Source: an uncultured Nitrososphaerales archaeon (GTDB lineage: Archaea; Thermoproteota; Nitrososphaeria; Nitrososphaerales; Nitrososphaeraceae). Taken from it: 56,886 nucleotides of DNA. This document shows positions 21,139 through 33,677 of the stretch, piece after piece. Positions within the stretch are counted from its first letter, which is position 1, and every line of letters starts with the position of its first letter. Below the pieces are notes generated by a model. The model was not told where the DNA came from and searched no databases. It worked only from the letters and a program-made list of their open reading frames with translations. Location of the stretch: the NCBI GenBank assembly GCA_963709405.1, contig CAVPXM010000046.1, positions 1-56,886 on the forward strand, given 5' to 3'. The translations under genes and the position numbers were made by a program.

Positions 21139-21825
21139 ATGATGATAAAGAAGACCTTGTCTGAAAGAGAATTGGAAGAGTTAAGAGATGAAATAATTAT
21201 TTCAAGAGACAAGATACACAGACAGGAGAAAATATATCAGTTATACACACATGGACCTTTAGCAATTAAGTATCTGAGAGAAATTATGGATATTCTTATA
21301 GAAGATGATGAAGTGCTCAAGAATTGTAATGAGTTCATAAAGAAGATTGAGCTTTCAAGCAAGAAATTTAATAAAATATTGGTTTCCATAGATGGCTCTG
21401 AAGAATCATTTGATGCAGCTGATTATGGAATATTTCTAGCAAAACGATTCAATGCAAATATGACTATCATTCATATTCTACCACAGGAAATAAGATATGA
21501 GTATGACAATGTAGATACAATACAGCCAAATATTCCTGCAACTCCTGTAAAAGGAATTGTAGAGTTATCAAAACAAGAAGTGCATGCGAAATGGTTTATC
21601 AGAATTATAGAAAAAGCCAAAGAAATGGATGTAAATTTACAAACAGACATAGTTGTCGCTACAAGATCTATAGCAACAGAAATAGTAGATTATGCTGACA
21701 AACTTAATGCAGATCTAATTATTGTTGGAACTAGAGGCATGGGCGGAGTGAAAAGGATGTTGCTTGGAAGTGTGGCTTCAGGTGTTATGAAAGATGCTTG
21801 TTGTCCTGTATTAATAGTAAAATAG
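21139..21825 (+). CDS. Universal stress protein with N-terminal helical extension
   Basis: KILVSIDGSEES, ADLIIVGTRG, LLGSVASGV, CPVLIVK. Confidence 0.92.
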   Translation: MMIKKTLSERELEELRDEIIISRDKIHRQEKIYQLYTHGPLAIKYLREIMDILIEDDEVLKNCNEFIKKIELSSKKFNKILVSIDGSEESFDAADYGIFLAKRFNANMTIIHILPQEIRYEYDNVDTIQPNIPATPVKGIVELSKQEVHAKWFIRIIEKAKEMDVNLQTDIVVATRSIATEIVDYADKLNADLIIVGTRGMGGVKRMLLGSVASGVMKDACCPVLIVK

Positions 21826-22310
21826 AAGCAGATCTCTTAATCTAGATCTTATTCCTATCCAATATCTTATTGCTTTAGAACACAAAGTAGGGATCTTGCT
21901 GAGCCTGAAAAATCGTAATCTAATCTGGTACCTGTAGACATAAACATCCTTTCATATTTTTTGTATAAACATGAAAATTAGGAATGACAGGTCAGATATA
22001 GCACTTCAATCATTTACACAGGATCCCTTTTTCCGGTTATAGGATAAATCTCGAAAGTGGATAAGTTTGAGTTAGCCGATTTTTATTTTGATTATGTTCT
22101 AAGACCTGAATTATTTACTTGTTCACGGAATCCTTTGTCTACGGCTGTCTATTCTTAATATTGTCAAAGGTATGGAAGGTCCTCCTCTTTTGGCACTATA
22201 TATATCTGTATTATAATTAGTCCTGTTAACTTAGAGATACCTCCACCTCCTTAGATCATCAAATTTAGTACTAGATTTGATAACGCTATTGTGCATAAAT
22301 ATGAATAGGA

Positions 22311-22486
22311 TGTGCCTTAGTCTCTATACTTCTAAATGTATCATTGAAACCCTTTTTCATTTCTCTTCTCATTTCAAAGCCTCTAAAAATATCAGGTAAA
22401 CCAAATCCACTAACTTGCTAACTCGTCTGCCAAGAAATCTAATGGACCCAATCAAATGGTTCAATATCACGATCTTCGAAAGCCAT
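22311..22486 (-). pseudogene. Archaeal Hsp20 N-terminal remnant
   Basis: MAFEDRDIEPFDW...PDIFRGFEMRREM...FNDTFRSIETKA; disrupted, no alpha-crystallin domain. Confidence 0.55.
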
Positions 22487-23011
22487 TTTGTCTCATTTTT
22501 CCAGTATTATTAGTGTCTTAAATCGGTTGTCCTCTCGACAACTAAATAAAATTTTCATTAATTGACATTTAAAGTGCTATCTGTGAATGTAAAATATCCT
22601 TCAGAGCAATAATTGGTACCAGCATCAACACTATTCCCATCATCATGCTTGTATACAATTATTTTATTGAATATTGCCCATCGCTATCTCCTAGTTTGCA
22701 TCTTCAATTAGTCGACAATAATATTATATACATTACTATTGTAGTGATAGAGATACTGAACATGATCCATCAGCAAGAGATACAACATTTAATGATGCTT
22801 ATGCTATGAACATTTGATCCTTCTCTTACTTTCTTGTTACGAAAAACACTTAGAGAATCATACAGTTTTGAAGTCATTCGTTTTAGATCCATTGACTATT
22901 ATGACTCTAATAACAGAGTCTGAACTTAGTTATATTGTTTGTATTTTGTGCATTGCACTGCACACCCACTTTTATAATACAGCTAAATCAAGAATTTATC
23001 ATCATAGTCGC

Positions 23012-23749
23012 ATGTCAACAATTTCAGAAGAAAACAATAATATGATACAAATAAATAGTGAAAATAACAGTAATGCTCGCGCATTATTTCTAGACAGAAT
23101 AGAAGCAGCTAATATACTTGCTGAAAAGTTGAGGTCCTTAGTCGAGAAGGAATTAAGAGGAGAAAAAGATAACCAACGACAACTAATCATACTTGCTATT
23201 CCTCGGGGTGGTGTGGTAACTGGAGATGTTATTGCATCGATTCTCAATGCTGAATTAGATATTGTGGTTTCAAGGAAAGTCGCATCTCCTTACAACTCAG
23301 AGCTTGCAATTGGTGCCGTGATGCATGATGGTACATTTTTTCCCAATATCGACATCATTAAAATGTTAGGGGTATCCCAAGAGTATATTGATGAGCAGAT
23401 ATCTGCACAGACTAAAGAAATAGAGCGTCGTCTTAGACGATTTAGGGCAGCTAAGGGTCACCACTATTCTATACAAGGTAAAACCATAGTTTTATCTGAC
23501 GATGGTATAGCTACAGGAGCAACAATATTTGCTGCTATAGAGTGGATAAAAAGACAAAATCCAAAAGAACTGATAGTAGCAGTACCTGTAGCACCCAGAC
23601 ATACTGTCGAGAAATTAAGACAAATAGTAGATAAGGTAGTTGTTTTGCATGCACCTGTACTATTTGAGGCCGTTGGAGCATTTTATCAAGACTTTTCACA
23701 GGTTAGCGATGATGAGGTGGTGGACATAATGAGCAAATATGCTAGATGA
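23012..23749 (+). CDS. Phosphoribosyltransferase-family protein
   Basis: LAIPRGGV, ELAIGAV, PRPP loop VLSDDGIATGAT, AVGAFYQDFSQVSD. Confidence 0.92.
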   Translation: MSTISEENNNMIQINSENNSNARALFLDRIEAANILAEKLRSLVEKELRGEKDNQRQLIILAIPRGGVVTGDVIASILNAELDIVVSRKVASPYNSELAIGAVMHDGTFFPNIDIIKMLGVSQEYIDEQISAQTKEIERRLRRFRAAKGHHYSIQGKTIVLSDDGIATGATIFAAIEWIKRQNPKELIVAVPVAPRHTVEKLRQIVDKVVVLHAPVLFEAVGAFYQDFSQVSDDEVVDIMSKYAR

Positions 23750-23900
23750 AGAGTGGTAGCAAGGTTAGTTGCATTGTGTAATAAAGGGTTAGATGAGGGA
23801 AACAGATAAAGAAAAATAAATTGAGAACACCACTTTGGTCTATTCCTCTATGATTACCAGATACAAGAAAAGTATTGCAATGTTTTTGTCAATCTACCAT

Positions 23901-24059
23901 TCAATATTCTTCGTTTCTTTCCATGCCTTCATGACAGTTGTGACATACACCACACCATTCACATATTTTTGAAGTTTGTGTACTACACTTTTTACAGATA
24001 CTTTCTGGATTATGAATTTTTACTTCATGAAAGCCGTGAGGTGAACGAACTCTTGTCAT
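23901..24059 (-). CDS. Cys/His-rich microprotein (52 aa), not in ORF track
   Basis: MTRVRSPHGFHEVKIHNPESICKKCSTQTSKICEWCGVCHNCHEGMERNEEY. Confidence 0.6.
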   Translation of the reverse strand: MTRVRSPHGFHEVKIHNPESICKKCSTQTSKICEWCGVCHNCHEGMERNEEY

Positions 24060-24388
24060 TTTATTTCACACTTTGTACTTTCTTCTGAGATAATATAGAT
24101 TTTACGCTGTTAATCTGAACTCCTCTAGGGACATCATTTTAGTATATTGCAATATACTTATCATGTTGATTACGAAAAGTATTACATGTATCCAGTATTA
24201 TATATATTCATTTTGGGGATTTCAAGACTTTCTCTTCCATACTCGTAAGTTAATTTGCATATTCAAGAGTAGTTGATGACGCGATCAGGCTTGCTTTATA
24301 TTACAAATCGATGAATGATTAAAATAATAAATTTGATTATGATTTATCTATTCTCAGTTAGAATTTTCAGGCTTATTACGCAGTTCTC

Positions 24389-25283
24389 TTACGAAACTAG
24401 TCTGAAGTTGAAGTCATCACTTATCCTTTGAGATAGTATCTGACTACCTATTGCCGTAATTTCAGTTCTTATAGTATAATCATTTCCTGGTTTCATGAAA
24501 TTTCCTTCTACATGATAGGCGCCTGTGATAGGGTCGGTAAAGTCAGGTCCGTACGTTACTGTTGTATTTCTATCAGGTCTTGGAATCAGTTCTAATTGAA
24601 GATCGTTATTACCTAGACTAAAAAAGCTTCTCGAAAATGTTGTTGCTGGCGATGGCACAGTATTGTTATTTCTATTCTTCTCTATAATAGCAATAGTGTA
24701 AGTGATTGGAGTAGTTTTTTCTGATCTTACCGTAATTGGTTTAATGTCCAATAATGTTCTATGATGTTGGGTCAAGTTAAGTATCTGACCAGTTCCACTG
24801 GCTAAAATGAAGTTCTGCCCTTGTGCAAAAGCATTACTTACAGACACCACTCCGATCCTCCATGGGTGAATTTCACAATGATATATTACATTTCTAGTAC
24901 CATCAAATGTATGTTGAAAGCCTGCAGTATACGGAATTATGCCTGAGTTGAAAAATGCTCCACTTGCTTTGCTGCCAAATTCACCACTAGTTACAGTGTG
25001 GGGTTGTCCTGGATTATCGTTAAACCACACAACTGTGATTCCAGAAGGAATAGCGATGTTATCTGGATAATAGTGAATAGGACTATCTCTCATAGCTCGC
25101 TCCGGGCGGTATTCTTACTACATATGTTGGAAGGGTTTCTTGGGAAGTAGGAATCGGAGTCAATCCAAGCTGTCCTTGCACTGTAGTGTTAGTTAAACTG
25201 ATTAATGATAATACAGAGATTGAAGATAATACCGTTACAGTTGCTAATAAAATTGTTGATAAATTCCTCCACATTTGCAACAA
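24389..25283 (-). CDS. Secreted plastocyanin/azurin-family copper protein, frameshift near 25088
   Basis: Signal peptide ORF 25083-25283 plus TVVWFN...PHTVT...YHCEIHPWR. Confidence 0.85.
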
Positions 25284-25675
25284 CTGAAAATGTGCACTTA
25301 TCCTATTTTAGTTTTCTGCATTATTGTAAAATTAAGTAAATCGCACCTACTTTAGGATGTCAATATGATCATTTACTAATCATAGTAATTCCTGACATAG
25401 GTGTGAGAACATAGATTACTTACATGGGGGGGTTATACTTCTGCTGTCAGGAAGCGTATCCAACTAGAAATAATAAGAGTGTTTAATTCAATACATGAAA
25501 GAGGATGGACTAGCGACACCGTAAATAGTGTTTTTAAAAAATATGTTGCCTCCAGGAAGACTCACTATAAGTAGAATAAAAGATACGAACAGAAAAGGAT
25601 AGTAGGGATTATTTATGACTCTAGAAGGGCTTCACAATTTTAGGCGTAGATCAGGTAGAACTATAATATAAATCG

Positions 25676-26296
25676 CTATTGCTCTTTTTGTCCTACAAAA
25701 ATAGAATTAGGATACGAAAAATAAATCTTATCTCCAACAAATTGACTCTCTAGTCCAAGTATATCCTTTTTGGTATCTTCAATAAATAATTGACGAATCT
25801 TATCTACGTCATCAGGATTGGGAAACGAGGTTTGTAGTTGATCTTCCAGTTCAATTTTCATCCTGTAAAATCCCTTTCTTCGTATCGGTATTCCTGCTTT
25901 TTTAAATAAATCCTCAAATTCAGAAATAGTTAAAGCTTTTACATGGGAGGGGTCCCGAAGTTTCTCAACATAGTTGTACATTTCTGCTTTATCCTGAGGA
26001 GGTGTTGGATCTATTACTACAATTTGCCCCCCAACATTACATACACGATTCATTTCATTTAATACCGAAAGCGGGTTCAATAAATGATGGAAGATATACC
26101 TGCTAACAACTATAGAAAATGATCCGGTTTGATATGATAAATTATTAGATATATCACTTGTATCCCATTTTATGTTGTTCAACATATTTTTTTTCTGAAG
26201 GAGTTTGGCTTGTTGAATCATTGCAGGAGTAATATCTACTCCTGTTACTTGTTTAGATATTTTTGGGAATTCGATTGAAATCAAGCCCGAACACAA
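25676..26296 (-). pseudogene. Class I SAM methyltransferase, 5' truncated
   Basis: VTGVDITPAMI, FSIVVSRYIFHHL, EKLRDPSHV; motif I mostly missing. Confidence 0.8.
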
Positions 26297-26645
26297 TTAC
26301 TTTGTGATTTGAAGAAAGACTCCTTAGAAAGGACTGGTCCCAGGCATCCACACTAGCAGAAGCACCATTGAAAAGTAAAATAGGGTCACCTTTGCCAAAG
26401 GTCTTGTATGCAATGTCAATATCTCCTACGTGAACTTTTTTTACTGGTATATTTTGTATGTTTAGTGAATTTGTAACATTGGAGTTCATTTGATCTGATA
26501 GACCATATGCAAGATTGGTAGTACCAAAATAACAATTCAATAATGAAGTACTTGGAATAATAAGTAGAAATGCAAAAGCAATAAAGAGCGGCATAACAAG
26601 CCGTAGTTTCGTGACAGATTCGTGGTTTGGCATATCATTTGGCAA
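26290..26645 (-). pseudogene. Secreted alpha/beta hydrolase N-terminal fragment
   Basis: KKVHVGDIDIAYKTFGKGDPILL...HKVIVF, then fused into the methyltransferase. Confidence 0.75.
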
Positions 26646-26881
26646 GTGGCAAACTATTTAAGAAATTTCTGCTGAGGATAATAAAACCCATACTACCTAT
26701 CTTTCTTTGTATCCATTCTTAACATGATCTGCTTGTATTTCCCAAGATTCTCCTATTATGCAACATTTGATTATCTATGTACTTAAATCCGCCGAAGGAC
26801 AGTTAGTGAAACCTAAAATACAAGTTGAATATTATTAGGAACGCCATAAACTGAATAGAACAAAAGGAATGACCATGTTTT

Positions 26882-28117
26882 TTGGGATTATTATTAATAT
26901 GTATACTTGCGTTATCTTGCTTGATTGCTACTATTTTTAAAGAGCAAGAGTCGGCACTAGCTCAATCATTTATCCAGACAATAAAATATAGAAATTTAGT
27001 AATAGACATAGGTAACGGAATAAAGACTAATGCTCAATTAACTCTTCCTGCTATTGGAAAAGGACCTTTCCCTGGTGTTCTTCTTATTCCTGGTGCAGGC
27101 CCTGCTGATATGAACTATGGTGGAATATTTTGGCAAATAGCTCAATATCTATCAGAAAGAGGGTTTGTTGTTCTTAGATATGACAAGAGAGGTATAGGCG
27201 AAAATGGCACAATTATTAACAACAATCTATGGGGAAATATGAATACAATGATCTAGAACAAGATGCACAGAAAGCTGTAAATGTTCTAATACAGCAGCCT
27301 GAAGTTGATGCAAAGAAGATAAGCATGATTGGTCATAGTGAAGGAGGTGAAATTGCTACAAGAGTTGCCACTGATAATCCAATAACTAAGTTTAAGAATA
27401 TAGTGCTTATGGCTGCCAGGATTCAGAACCCACATGATGCAAGCGTACTACGGGTTCGTTGGTTTACCACTTGAATACGCTAAACAAGTATTGGACAAAA
27501 ATCATAATGGATCTTTTTCATTGCAGGAAGCATCACAAGATCAAATTTTCCAAAGTATGGTTGGTGGTAATACCAGCTTAATTCTCACTCAGAGTCTTCC
27601 CGATGGTACTAAACTTCTAAAATCAGGATACAATCCCAATAATGATAGATACATAAACATCAATACAGAACTCAAACCTATGCTTGAGAGGAGATTTGAA
27701 AACGCATTTGAAGCACCTAAATGCGAGAACCCTATGGAACGCCCATGTCCTATTTATTTAAAATCGATTCTTAGTTTAAAACCAACCTTGAGTATCATAG
27801 GTAATGTCTCTTCATCTACTGGCATTCTAATACTCCACGGACAAAATGATTCAGGGAGTCGAGTTCAACAAGCATTTCTCCTGCAGCAAAGACTAATTGA
27901 ACTGAATCGTCCTGATCATACATTAATAACATATCCAGATCTAGGACACCATTTCTATCCTTCATCTCAGTGGACAACAGAAAGTGGACCCATACCCGAG
28001 TATGTTTTGGCGGATCTTTATGCATGGCTTGCGGCTCATTCCGGATTTACAAGTCCTGCTACTGCCGCGCGCATCTCTACTATATCTATACCAGTATTGA
28101 ATTCTACCACTAAATAA
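26882..28117 (+). CDS. Secreted alpha/beta hydrolase, two frameshifts
   Basis: GPFPGVLLI, VLRYDKRG, GHSEGG nucleophile, LILHGQND, YPDLGH across three ORFs. Confidence 0.85.
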
Positions 28118-28144
28118 CTCATGTTATTACGATGATGATTGAGT

Positions 28145-28196
28145 GGCGCGCAAGTACATGTTCCCAGATGAATCAGATTTCAGCTCATGTAGAAGA
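28145..28196 (+). repeat. Dispersed GGCGCGC repeat, short copy
   Basis: GGCGCGC-N5-CATGTTCCCAG...TTCAGCT...TAGAAGA, as at 35906. Confidence 0.65.
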
Positions 28197-28231
28197 GGGG
28201 CCAGGAGATCTGCGAATTTACTTGATCCTTA

Positions 28232-28699
28232 CTACTTACCATAGTCCCAAGTGGAGTAATACTTTGGGCTAATTTCTATGACAACTGATTGGCCTTTCTT
28301 CTGCAAATCTAAAAGTGCCTTAGCCATTGGATGTTCTACATTTCCCAAGTACTTGACCATTATCTTCTCTGTGATAGGAATATTAAAGTTCACATCTTCA
28401 TGTATCTTCACAGTTCCCTTACCACGTGCCCCCTTATACGGAGGATTCGGATCATCGATACAAAAGTAAACATTCTCTTTCTTTCTGAGATTGTACGTTT
28501 TCTTAGCCTGCTTTGATGTTTCTATGTATATCTTGTTGGTCGGAAGATCGTAATAGTACCATGCAGGATGGATATTTGCATCGCCACTCTCATCCACTGT
28601 TCCAAGGTGTACATTTAGTTTACCGGCCGTCAAAAAATCCTTCGTCTCTTGTTCATTTAAAGGCCGACCAAATCCTGGACTTGCTTCTAAAATCTTCAA
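28232..28699 (-). CDS. Pyridoxamine 5'-phosphate oxidase-like (F420/FMN split barrel) protein
   Basis: LGTVDE...PAWY, KKTYNLRK...VYFCIDD...PYKGARGKG. Confidence 0.88.
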   Translation of the reverse strand: MKILEASPGFGRPLNEQETKDFLTAGKLNVHLGTVDESGDANIHPAWYYYDLPTNKIYIETSKQAKKTYNLRKKENVYFCIDDPNPPYKGARGKGTVKIHEDVNFNIPITEKIMVKYLGNVEHPMAKALLDLQKKGQSVVIEISPKYYSTWDYGK

Positions 28700-28765
28700 C
28701 GAAATTCAGCGTCTATAACTTGTTTACATATTTAAATTCTTTCGAGCATAAACAATATTCACAAC

Positions 28766-29931
28766 TAAGTCAAGTGTCACATTAAATGTCATTATTCCAT
28801 CTTCCAAATCTTTTGTCTAGATATTCTGATACTGCGGTTTTCTGCTCTTCTATATTTTCATAAAACCTATTCGCACATACATGTGACTTTATCAGCTGGT
28901 TTACTTTTCTTTCATTTGGATTTAGGTATGGAGCCTTCTTTGGTAGGTGGATTATAGTTAGCCAGTCTTCTCCTTTCTGTGTATTGATATAATTCCGTAC
29001 CATTAGGCTTACATGGTATGAAGCGTTATCCCATATGAGTATGAGTCTTTTACACCAATCATTTTTCATAATGTTTATCTTGAGATTCTCCAGATGGTCG
29101 ATAGTATTCGTAGAATTCATTCTATCATAGAAATCATACATCAACTTCTGATCTGGCCATAGCATGGATATGTATGCAGAGAACTTCTTTCTACTTCCAT
29201 CATGTTCTATCCTTTGTTGCTGGCCTTCAAAACTCATAGATCTTCGTATGCAAGGTTTCTGTGTTATCGTAGTTTCATCTTCAAATACTAACATCACTCC
29301 TTTTTTTCAGAGCTGATGCTACACGTTTATAATCTTCCACCCTCTCTTTTCCTTCTTCATAATCAGGTCCATGTAATAGTTCCAATTTTGGTCTTTTACA
29401 CCTAATCCCCATATCCTTAGTTATTCTTTGCAGATGTTTGAAACTGATTGATATTCCAAGCTCATCTGTAAGACATCTTGCAAGTGACCTTAGACTCCAT
29501 GTATTTCTAAGATAACCAAAGATATGGGGATCATTAAATAATGCAGAAAGGATAACCTCTTTGTTTTCATCTGTTATACGTGAATTCAGTCCTCTCGGTC
29601 TCTTCTTTATCCTTACCACTCCTATCTCACCATGAGTAAACGCAACAACCCATCTTTGTACAGATCGAATATTGACTTCGTATTCATGTGCTATGTCTTC
29701 ATAAGATCTACCTTCAACTTTTTGAAGTATAGCCAGTACCCTACGATACTCCTTCTTGTTAGTTGTATTATTCATGAGTGATTCTAGACTTGTTTTCTGT
29801 CCCCGGCTTAGATTCAACTTAGAAGCACGTCTCACATGATGGGAATATCCTACATCTGTTAAGCTTTATCTATCTAAAGATCTAGACTGTGCAATAAAAA
29901 TAATATGACATATAACTAGACACTTCACTTA
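28766..29931 (-). mobile_element. IS630-family element
   Basis: Inverted ends TAAGTCAAGTGTC / GACACTTCACTTA (1 mismatch, terminal TA); two-ORF transposase. Confidence 0.9.
28782..29835 (-). CDS. IS630 transposase (HTH ORF + DDE ORF, A7 slippery site 29301-29307)
   Basis: FEDET, LIWDNASYH, PYLNPNE; LKKR/KKGV overlap typical of programmed -1 frameshift. Confidence 0.92.
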
Positions 29932-30636
29932 ATATGTGACTTTTAAGTGTGAAGGGTGTAGCCGTTACCATAGTAATTGGCGATCCTAAGCAATCAAGGC
30001 TCCCTCTGACGGTCGTGATTATAGTATATTAGAGTGGATAATAAAGAGAACTCATTCAGAACTCCTTTTACTATAGGTAGATACTATGTCTTTACAGTCT
30101 ATTATGGAATAGAATATCAGTACTTGATGTATAGAAAATCAACCCTGACGGATTAGATTTGCGTATTATTTTCGTCGAATATCACGCTCAAATCTTTAGA
30201 GATATTCTCTCCGTCAGGGTATCCATAGTATCCATAGTACATATTCAATTCAGTAGGTAATTGTATCTACTATGCCATACCACGTACTAGTGGGAATATA
30301 AAATCCAATATACCACAATGGATACTTTGACGTCAATGATGCCATAGTTAAGCCTGAATGAAATTCCCACCTCAAATCATCCGATTCAATTGATTGAAGT
30401 ATGAATACGAATACATATTATCAGTTGTTTAACTGTCCGATTTGCATGTACATGGAAAACAGATCTTAATTCAATAGAAAAACTCCTTAACTTTCAGACA
30501 CTCTCGGATTATATCGGAAAAAGTGTCTTATAATACGATGTGAAGCATGTGAGATAATAAATATTTTCTAAAATTAGGCATTGTAATACATTCCATAAAC
30601 AATATTCTTTTTAGTTATGGAAAATATCTTGGTGTT

Positions 30637-31647
30637 ATGAGTGGCCTTTTGGGCTTTGTAGTTGTTATCATTTGTTGCACTGCATTATTATTGCTGTCAA
30701 CTACCGAAGTATCTTACAGCCAATTACCCTATTTCCCCCATAACCAACAATTATCTAACAACCATGAAGTAAATGCAACAGTCAAGAATGGATCTAGGGG
30801 TCAGATGGGTTCTTCAAATATAATAGAACATAAAGCTAGTGTAACGAACGCCCCCAAAGTTGCAATTTTAACTTTTGGTGATGGATGGAAAAGCCAATTT
30901 ACTAATGCAAAGCCAATTTTAGACAAATATGGATTCAAAGCTAGCTTCTTTGTAACATGTGATAGAGTAGGAAGGCCTGCAAAGATGACTTGGCAAGATT
31001 TAGTAACTCTGTATAATGAAGGACATGATATTGAATCCAAGACTATGACTGCACCTATATTGACCAATGTATCTGCTGACCAATTGAATTTTGAAGTAGG
31101 TCAATCGAAACGATGCTTATTAGATCATGGTATGAATGCTACAGTTTTTGCTACTCCTCATGGTAAAGGTTCGGATAATGCTACAGTTGTGAATGCAATT
31201 TCTAAATACTATGATTTTGCAATAAATGGCTTCTCTAATTTGATGTTTTTGCATTGTGATGGATGGAAAATATCTTCTCCCAACCAAACTGATTGCAGAA
31301 CATATTATGATAATGGCACTCTTACCTATGCAAATAGATACGTAGTTAGAGAATGGAGTCACAACCATCAAGATATAGCCTATGCACACAATAATACAAA
31401 GATATTTCAAATATTTGTGCAAGCAGTCAACAACCAGACTGCATATAACGGAAATGGGACTATTGATGCTATTCCAATCGTGGCATACCATATCATAGGT
31501 AAGACAACATCATCAGATAGTACTGATTTGGTTCTGTTTGCGGAGGAAATGAAATATTTGCATGATAATGGGTTCAAAATAATAAGAGTACCGGATCTAG
31601 GATATGATGATAAGACCAAGGACTTGTATATTAAAAGATGGGGATAG
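30637..31647 (+). CDS. Secreted polysaccharide deacetylase (NodB-like)
   Basis: ILTFGDGW, ILDKYGFKASFFV, GHDIES, YLHDNGF; catalytic motifs partly degenerate. Confidence 0.85.
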   Translation: MSGLLGFVVVIICCTALLLLSTTEVSYSQLPYFPHNQQLSNNHEVNATVKNGSRGQMGSSNIIEHKASVTNAPKVAILTFGDGWKSQFTNAKPILDKYGFKASFFVTCDRVGRPAKMTWQDLVTLYNEGHDIESKTMTAPILTNVSADQLNFEVGQSKRCLLDHGMNATVFATPHGKGSDNATVVNAISKYYDFAINGFSNLMFLHCDGWKISSPNQTDCRTYYDNGTLTYANRYVVREWSHNHQDIAYAHNNTKIFQIFVQAVNNQTAYNGNGTIDAIPIVAYHIIGKTTSSDSTDLVLFAEEMKYLHDNGFKIIRVPDLGYDDKTKDLYIKRWG

Positions 31648-31889
31648 CTGAAATAAGCTGATATCTACATATTCATATCAATATGATGATCTTGAGTTAG
31701 CGATCCTTTTAGAGTTGGCAAACTAATTGAGCTCAGATTTAGTGAAGGTCCAATATAACAATAGACTTAGGACATCTGTTAGTTAGATACGCAATTTTTG
31801 TGCGAATCATCCGGCCAGATTCTATCATATCCTATTCTATTTATTTCCTAGATGAGCTTAGTCATTTAAGGAAAATTAAACGAGAAAAC

Positions 31890-32838
31890 ATGACTAAAAC
31901 AGTAGTTTTCAAATCAAACCCCGCCACGTCCGGCAGCCCAGTCACAGTCGGACGCCTATTCGTTCAAGATTTAAGCGGTGGTCGTGTCTTCTCACTGAAT
32001 GCGGACGGCTCCGACCAGAAGGTTATCGTAACAGAGTGCCGACACCCCGATGGTATAGTAGTCGATGTTAAGGCCGGACACATTTACTGGACCAACATGG
32101 ATGTTCCCAATCTAACGACGGTTCCGTCGAGCGCGCCGACCTCGACGGGCGGAATCATAGGATAATCATTCCAGAGGGCGGCACGTTCATGCCAAAACAG
32201 CTCCATCTCGATAAGAAGAACGGCAAGCTATATTGGTCGGATCGGGAGGGGATGCAAGTCATGCACTCGAACCTCGATGGTTCGAAGATTGAAACCTTTG
32301 TAGAGACTGGCCAGGGCGATCTCGACCGTCACGACGCGATGAAATGGTGTGTCGGGATTGCTGGTGATGCCGAGCGCGGACAAATCTACTGGACACAGAA
32401 AGGTCCGGATGATGCCGGACAGGGGCGCATCTTTCGCGCAGGTATTGAAATACCAAAGGGCCAAAGCGCAGCCAAGCGCACTGACATTGAAGTGTTATTC
32501 GACTGCCTGAGCCGATTGATCTGGATCTCGATCTTAACAGCCGTATGCTGTATTGGACCGATCGTGGCGATCCCCTACGTGGTAACACGGTGAATCGCGC
32601 CCCGATGGATGTGGATCTGAAGAAGAGGCAGACTCCGGAGATTCTGCTCACCCACTTGCAGAAAGGAATTGGTATTTCTCTCGATCTCAAAGGGGAACGA
32701 ATGTTCTTGACTGACTTAGCTGGTTCGGTCTATTCGGCCAAGCTCAACGGATCGGATAAGAAGACACTACTCTATGATCAGGGGAACTTCACTGGCATCG
32801 CATACGCTGAACTGCCCTCAAAGCTTGCACGAACATAA
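31890..32838 (+). pseudogene. YWTD (LDL-receptor class B) beta-propeller protein, two frameshifts
   Basis: IYWTN, LYWSD, IYWTQ, LYWTD repeats; higher GC than flanks. Confidence 0.85.
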
Positions 32839-33210
32839 TTGCATCCTGACCTAAAGGATGCATATCTTGAATTGATAGAGCGTCATATCATGTACAAAGA
32901 TCCTGAGAAGCTTGGAGCGGAGTTATTAAAAATGCTAAATATTCCACATAAGGACTAACTAATTCTATTGATAGGTAAAGTTACTAAACTTAAAGTGAAC
33001 TTAACTATTCATAAGGAGAATTGCCTATTCTGTAAATTGATTTCTATAGATAGTAGCAACACAAGTATATGGGCTATGCAACAGTAAAAAGCGGACAAAT
33101 GGCAAGATGCTTGAAATTTTGAAGCGGATTCATGAAATGACATTCCTGGGCTCCAAGTGCCTGATTAAATAAATTAATTCCTAGCCTACGTCGGTTCCTG
33201 GGAAGATCTG

Positions 33211-33588
33211 TCAGAGCGGGACTTCAACGGCTACATCAAATTTCGTATAATACTTTTTCACTTCCGCTTCACCATATTTAGACTTGAATTTCCTCACGAT
33301 ATCGTCAACCCTATTACTATCTGTTATTGGTTTACCTCTTGCAGATATTTCCACGCCATTTACAGAAATCTTCAACGTTGGACCGACTAGCAGGTTCTTG
33401 TACCAGTTGGTGTCAGAGCCCTGAACTGGAAGCAAATACAGAGTGTTGCCTTCATGCACAAACCAGACTGGTCGAGGGATATCTCTGCCTGATTTTCTAC
33501 CTTTAACGCTGAGTCCTATCTCGTATACTCTATCCAGTCTCTGGTAAAGATCGGGTTTGGACATAACATTCAATGCTGCATATATCAA
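33211..33588 (-). CDS. Deazaflavin-dependent nitroreductase-like protein
   Basis: GRKSG...PVWFV...TNWYKNL. Confidence 0.8.
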   Translation of the reverse strand: MIYAALNVMSKPDLYQRLDRVYEIGLSVKGRKSGRDIPRPVWFVHEGNTLYLLPVQGSDTNWYKNLLVGPTLKISVNGVEISARGKPITDSNRVDDIVRKFKSKYGEAEVKKYYTKFDVAVEVPL

Positions 33589-33677
33589 ATATGGGTTTCG
33601 TGTGTTGCTCTATATCTGAATGCTGTAAGCCAGTTAGCTATCACTATTGGAAAAGCAAAGCTCTGCATTTTGGGTCA

